From assembly GCA_963825035.1 (NCBI GenBank), contig CAWGRT010000022.1, positions 196,117 to 260,116 of the forward strand: a DNA stretch of 64,000 bases, given 5' to 3'. The notes beneath the pieces were generated by a model, which worked only from the letters and a program-made list of their open reading frames with translations, ran no database searches and was not told the DNA's origin. The first letter of the stretch is position 1; each line of letters starts with the position of its first letter. This DNA is from Candidatus Krumholzibacteriia bacterium (GTDB lineage Bacteria > Krumholzibacteriota > Krumholzibacteriia > LZORAL124-64-63). A program made the translations under genes and the position numbers. Below, piece after piece: positions 59,098 to 64,000 of the stretch.

Positions 59098-59331
59098 TCA
59101 GCGGCCGGCGGCGGCCGCATCCTCCCGGTCGGCGCGCACCTGGGCCGAATCGGCCACGTCCAGGGCACCCTTGACCGCGCCGGCGCCGGGCAGCGCCGAC
59201 TCCGACAGCACGCTGTCCTTCTGGGCCGGGGTCAGCTTGGTGTCGGGCTCGTCCTTGCCGCCGCCGCAGCCGGCGGCCAGCAGGGCGAGGGCGGCCAGGG
59301 CCGCCGCCGCGAATGTCGTCTTGCCTCTCAT
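59098..59331 (-). CDS. Small lipoprotein
   Basis: ATG at 59331 after GAGGAGG. Lipobox LLAAGC. 77 aa. Confidence 0.6.
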   Translation of the reverse strand: MRGKTTFAAAALAALALLAAGCGGGKDEPDTKLTPAQKDSVLSESALPGAGAVKGALDVADSAQVRADREDAAAAGR

Positions 59332-59513
59332 GGCGTCGCCTCCTCGGCGTTCATGTCGCTCCATCGCCGCGCCTTGCGCGCGAACACCACCAGCGCCGCG
59401 TTGGCGGCCATGCCGATGGCGGCGAACGGCAGCCAGACCGCGTACTGGGGCGGGTACGTGTCCCACAGTACGCCCGTGGCCGCCCGGGCGTCCAGGCCTG
59501 TGACCTCCATCAT
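59328..59513 (-). CDS. Small hypothetical membrane protein
   Basis: ATGA overlap with the lipoprotein gene. GC3 rises from MMEVTG onward. It has one C-terminal TM helix. The listed TTG start at 59630 lacks an RBS and has lower GC3. Confidence 0.4.
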   Translation of the reverse strand: MMEVTGLDARAATGVLWDTYPPQYAVWLPFAAIGMAANAALVVFARKARRWSDMNAEEATP

Positions 59514-59719
59514 CCGCGCGAACGCGTCCGGCGGTGGCGGGGGATCCGATCGGGGTGGCGGAATGACAGCGGACCCGGCTCGCGCCGTCAGCACGAATCG
59601 GCCTGATTCGACGTTGAACGTCGGTTTCAATGGGGTTTGGGGCTGGTTGCGATCGCCACGTTCGGTTATGATGGACGGGGTGGCGGCGCCACTGTCGGCG
59701 CCGACCCGGGGAAGGGAAG

Positions 59720-60211
59720 ATGTTCGAGCCTGCGGTGATCCGTCGCTATTCCAGCCGGGAGTTCCCTCCCTATCGCCACGTACCCGGGAGCACGCCGCAT
59801 CCCACCCGCGATCCGGAGGGTCATTCCTACGGGGGCGGTGCCGGCCATCTGCCCGACCTCAACGCCATCGACTGGCGCCTGTGCGAGCACTACCTCTTCG
59901 GCATCGACCTGTTCAACGCCGGCTACTGGTGGGAGGCCCACGAGGTGCTGGAGGGCCTGTGGCATGCCGCGGGCATCGGCACGCCGGCAGCCCACGTGCT
60001 GCAGGCGGTGATCCAGTGCGCCGCGGCCCATCTGAAGACCGTCACCAGCCGTCCGACGGGCGCGCGGCGCCTGTTCGAGCAGGCCCACAACCACGTGCTG
60101 TGGCGCCGCGACCATCACCTGGGGCTGGACCTGATCGGCATGCTCGCCGAAACGGGCGCCTTCGTCACCGGCGACACCCCCCGGCCCGCCCACCTGGTCC
60201 TGCACTTCTAG
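59720..60211 (+). CDS. DUF309 domain protein
   Basis: 163 aa with the LFNAGYWWEAHEVLEGLW signature. Confidence 0.8.
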   Translation: MFEPAVIRRYSSREFPPYRHVPGSTPHPTRDPEGHSYGGGAGHLPDLNAIDWRLCEHYLFGIDLFNAGYWWEAHEVLEGLWHAAGIGTPAAHVLQAVIQCAAAHLKTVTSRPTGARRLFEQAHNHVLWRRDHHLGLDLIGMLAETGAFVTGDTPRPAHLVLHF

Positions 60212-61080
60212 CCCGACTGCCGCGGTCCGAACTCCGCCACGGCCTCCGCCAGCAGCGCGTTGAACGCCTCCGGCTTCTCCAGCATGGGGAAGTGGCCCGT
60301 GCCCGGCACCGTGCGGACCTCGAAGCCCGGCAGCACGGCACGGGCGCCCTCCACGTCGGTGGGGTGCAGCTCGCCGCTCACGGTGGTCAGGCCCACCTTC
60401 AGCGGCGCCAGGCGGTCGGCCGCATGCACCATCCAGTCCAGGGTGTGGCCCATGGCGCTCAGGCCCACCGCGGGCGGCGCCGAGGCCATGTCGCCGGCAA
60501 CCTCGCGCCACCAGGGCCGAATCCGCCGTCGCGGGGAACATGCTCCCGACCCAGGCCGTCACCGTGCCGCGGAAGTCCGCCTTCATCGCCCCGGTGAAGG
60601 CCTGGATCTGCGCCTCGGTGACCTGCGGGTGCAGGTCCTGGAAGTTGTCGATGCCCACGATCCCGCGCACCCGGTCCGGCGCGGCCAGGGCCGCCTCCAC
60701 CGCCACCGGGCCGCCCATGGAATGGCCGACCAGCACGGCGTCGTCGATGCCCTCGGCCTCCATCACCGCCACCACGTCCTGCCCGAAGGCCGCCATGGTG
60801 TAGTCCTGCCGCTGCTGCCCGGATTCGCCGTGGCCGGCCAGGTCCACCGCCACCACGCGGTGCGTGCGCGGCGAAGGGCCGGTCGTGGTCGCGCCAGTAG
60901 CTGCCGTCGCAGCTCCAGCCGTGGACAAAGACCAGGGTCGGCGCGCCCTCGCCCTGCACCGTGTAGTGGATGGTCGTCCCGTCGGCCGACGCCGTGGTGG
61001 CGCGAACGCGTCCGGCCGCCGTCGCCGGTCCCCGCCGCCAGGGCCAGGCGCCAGCAGCGTCGCATCAGTGTCCTCGTCAT
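60208..61080 (-). pseudogene. Alpha/beta hydrolase, at least 3 frame breaks
   Basis: ATG at 61080 after AAGGAG. Fragments carry LVFVHGW, the nucleophile elbow GHSMGG and the C-terminal GHFPMLEKPE. Confidence 0.7.
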
Positions 61081-61094
61081 GGTTTCTCCTTTCA

Positions 61095-61304
61095 TCAGTC
61101 GCGCAACCGGTACCAGAGCCTGAAGCCGACCTTGAGCACCGCGGTGGTCACGCCGATCACCGCCAGGTCGGTCCGGAAGATACCTTTGACATAGTATTGG
61201 TAGGCGAACCAGCCGATGACCATCACCGCGCAGGCGATGCCCGCGTGGCTGCTGGCCTTGTAGCGGTGCAGGTTCGCTCGTTCGTCCATTGCCATCAGGC
61301 TCAT
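61095..61304 (-). CDS. Small 2-TM membrane protein coupled to the XRE regulator
   Basis: 69 aa. ATGA overlap with the upstream HTH gene. Confidence 0.55.
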   Translation of the reverse strand: MSLMAMDERANLHRYKASSHAGIACAVMVIGWFAYQYYVKGIFRTDLAVIGVTTAVLKVGFRLWYRLRD

Positions 61305-61511
61305 CGGTCATCCTCCAAGCGGAACAGTTCCTCCATGGGGCAGGCGAAGATCCGGGCCAGGCGCAGGGCCAGGGCAGGCTGGGCACGTAGCGCCCGCGCT
61401 CGATGGAGATCACGCTCTGGCGCGAGACCCCGGCCTGGCCGGCCAGCTCCTCCTGGGTCAGGCCGCGCTCGACGCGGCACTCCTTGACCTGGTTCGGATC
61501 GATTCCTTCAT
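61301..61511 (-). pseudogene. Short XRE-family HTH regulator (YozG-like), 2 frame breaks
   Basis: The rebuilt sequence is MK..IDPNQVKECRVERGLTQEELAGQAGVSRQSVISIERGRYVPSL..LALRLARIFACPMEELFRLEDDR across three frames. Confidence 0.6.
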
Positions 61512-61681
61512 GCCTGCTCCTCCATGCCTGCTCCTGGGTCGCGTGCAGGAGACGATGATAGTAAAGCCGGCTTTACGTCAAGCCGGTTTTACATTCGGCG
61601 CGCGGCCAATTTCGGCGTGGCCCCCGCCCCGGCGCCGGTGTTAAGCTGTGCGGCGACACCGTCGTGAAAGGATGCGAGACC

Positions 61682-62935
61682 ATGCCCCGCCGCGCCCTGC
61701 CGGTCCTGCTGCCGCTGCTCCTGGCCGCGATCCCCGCCTGCGGCCCCCGCCCCGTGGAGCAGGTCACCCTGACCGGCCGCGCCGTGCTGCCGGCGGACAC
61801 CTACACCGCTGGGTCCGGCGGTGGGCGCGGCCCTCAGCGGCGAGATCAACGGGCGCAAGGTGCCGTTCCCCGCCGTGCCGGTGCAGGGCTTCAGCTCGCT
61901 CATCGTCACCGACCCCGCCGAGGGCGACGTGCTGGCCCTGCAGGACAACGGCTTCGGCACCCGGGCCAACAGCGGCGACTTCCCCCTGCGCTGGTACGAG
62001 CTGCGGCTGCACCTGGACTTCCCGCCCCGCAAGGGCGGCCGGGTGGAGGTGCTGGGCTTCACGCCGCTGCGGGACCGCCGACGGCACGCCAGCTCACCGG
62101 CGGCGACTACGACCCCGAGGGCTTCGTGCGCCTGGCCGACGGCAGCTTCTGGATCGGCGACGAGTTCGGCCCCTGGCTGCTCCACTTCGGGGACGACGGC
62201 CGGCCTGCTGGGCCAACCCGAGCCGGTGCCGGTGCCCCGCCCGCTGCGTGCCCTACGGACGCGGCCTGGGCCACCTGCGCACCCCCGACCATCCCGACCT
62301 GCGCGGCCTGCCCGACGCGGCAGCCGCGGCCCGGGCCAACCTGCCCCGCAGCGGCGGCCTGGAGGGCCTGGCCCTCGGCCCGCGACGGCAAGCACATCTA
62401 CGTGGCGGTGGAGAAGGCCCTGCTGGACGACCCCGACCCGCGGCGCCGCCTCATCCTGGAGTTCGATCCGGCCCGCGGCGCCTTCACCGACCGTTTCTGG
62501 ACCTACCGCGTGGATACGGTCGGCGTCTCGGTGGCCTCGCTGGAGGCGGTGACCGACCGACGTGCTGGTGCTGATCGAGCGCGACGGCGCGGAGGGGGCG
62601 CAGGCCGCCGATCAAGCGCATCTACCGCATCGACCTGCGCCGCACCGGCGCGGACGGCGTGCTGGCCAAGACCCTGGCGGCGGACCTGCTGGACATCGAC
62701 GATCCCGACGCCTGACCGAGTCCGTGGAGGGCGCCGTCGGCCTGGGCCCGCGACTACGCGTTCCCCTACGTCACCCCCGAGTGCCTGGCCGTGCCTGGAT
62801 CCGTCCACCCTGCTGGTGGCCTGCGACAACAACTATCCCTTCAGCACCGGGCGCCGACCGGGCACCCCCGACGACACCGAGTTCATCCGCCTGCGCCTGC
62901 CCGTGCCCCTGGACCGGGAGCCGTCGACGCCGTGA
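61682..62935 (+). pseudogene. Lipoprotein of the esterase-like-activity-of-phytase family, more than 6 frame breaks
   Basis: Lipobox LLAAIPAC. Collinear fragments include DYDPEGFVRLADGSFWIGDEFGPWLLHF, GLEGLA, VLIERDG and ACDNNYPFS. Confidence 0.65.
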
Positions 62936-62948
62936 CGCCGCTGGCGCC

Positions 62949-64000
62949 GTGCACGACCGGCTGCTGGCCGCCCTGCTGGTGGCGGCCGCCGCGGTGCGCC
63001 TGGTCTTCCTGCTGGAGATCGCCCGCACCGACCTGGTGGCCGTGCACCTGCTGGACGCCCAGACCTACCACGACTGGGCGCTGCGCCTGGTCGCCGGCGA
63101 CTGGGGCTGGAACGAGACCTACTGGATGGGCCCCCTCTATCCCCACCTGCTGGCGGCTGGTCTACTGGCTGTTGGGGCCGGACGGGGTGGCGGTCCAGGC
63201 CATCCAGATGGTGCTGACGGTGCTGAACGTGTGGCTGGTGCACGGGCTGGTCCTGGCCCTGCTGCGCGGACGGGGGACGAGGACGACGCGGCCGCGACCC
63301 GCGGCCCTGCTGGCGGCGGCCCTCTACGCCTTCTACGGGGCCCCGGTCTTCTACGCCGGCTTCCTGCTCATGGCCACCCTGGTCACCACCCTCCTGCTGC
63401 TGGTGGCCCGCCAGGCCGTGCGCGCCCAGGCAGCAGCCCACGGCGCGCGACTGGTTTGTCCTGGGCCTGCTGGTGGGCCTGACGGGCCTGGCCCGGGGCA
63501 ACGTGCTGCTGCTGGTGGCCACCCTGCCCCTGCTCCTGCTGGGCCGCGGCCGACCTGCCCTGGCGCCCGCGGCTGCGCCTGGCGGCGGTGCTGGCGGCCG
63601 GCGCCCTGCTGATGGTGGCGCCGGTGACCGTGCGCAACGTGCTGGTCGCCCACGACTTCACCCTGCTGACCAGCAACGGCGGCGTGAACCTGTTCATCGG
63701 CCAGCAGCCCCAGGGCGAGGGCGCCTTCACCGCGGCCCTGGAGGCGCCCCCAGGCCGAGCACGACCCCTCCCTGGAGATGTCCCTGGAATGGGAGTTCGG
63801 CCGCGACCTGAAGGGCTCGGAGATCTCGCGCATCCTGGTGGGCCGCGCCTGGAAGACCTTCCGCGACAACCTGGGGGCCATGCCCCGCCTCTACCTGCTG
63901 AAGACCTGGCGCTTCTGGAGCGGCTACGAGCTGCCCCAGATCGAGGCCTACGTCTGGTGGCGCCGGGTGTTCACCGGCCTGAAGCTGCTGCCGGTGCCCT
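62949..64000 (+). pseudogene. Second GT39/ArnT-like membrane glycosyltransferase, 3' end outside the window, several frame breaks
   Basis: GTG at 62949. Fragments include DAQTYHDWALRLVAGDW, MGPLYPHLLA and multiple TM segments. It continues to the window end. Confidence 0.55.

Noticed and set aside
1-64000. CRISPR arrays, tRNA, rRNA, prophage or integron structures
   Set aside because: I saw no regularly spaced direct repeats, no T-loop/anticodon-arm-like intergenic sequences, no integrase and no phage structural genes. The intergenic regions are short except at 16160-16738 and 31995-32539.

Overview
High-GC (about 70% by eye, not computed) chromosomal segment from a bacterium that looks uncultivated. 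No rRNA, tRNA or CRISPR array is present, so it cannot be placed. The gene content suggests an FCB-group, Gemmatimonadota or Eisenbacteria-like lineage: many exported proteins end in a FlgD-Ig/T9SS-type C-terminal sorting domain, and there are LVIVD repeats and sigma-54 regulators. About 55 genes are supported. They include a complete sufCBDSU-sufT operon, ilvE, glpX, corA and an Ada-AlkA/Ogt repair pair. Regulators include two sigma-54 activators (one in an HK/RR pair), a hybrid histidine kinase, and partner-switching parts (GAF-PP2C phosphatase, two STAS proteins, an RsbRD_N-like protein). There is also a TlpA-DUF4266-DUF3570-ApbE envelope cluster, several outer-membrane barrels, an IS1-like transposase homolog and very large secreted proteins. 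Most interesting: (1) a near-consensus sigma-54 promoter feeds a signal-peptide-bearing rubrerythrin-DUF2231-PPK2 operon just downstream of the HK/NtrC pair; (2) a roughly 7.4 kb S8 subtilase gene carries four 1.3 kb NIDO-like/Ig super-repeats; (3) the ApbE cluster's DUF3570 barrel carries a DALTGAS flavinylation-type motif; (4) an attenuator-like structured leader with an intrinsic terminator lies upstream of ilvE; (5) a 1.2 kb low-GC island holds two orphan genes. Caveat: five patches (about 12.7-14.9, 16.9-18.4, 45.0-49.3, 51.8-57.5 and 60.4-63.8 kb) carry dense reading-frame breaks, while more than 35 kb elsewhere is intact. Genes there are reported by their outer boundaries as frame-disrupted. 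This may be an assembly artefact rather than true pseudogenisation.
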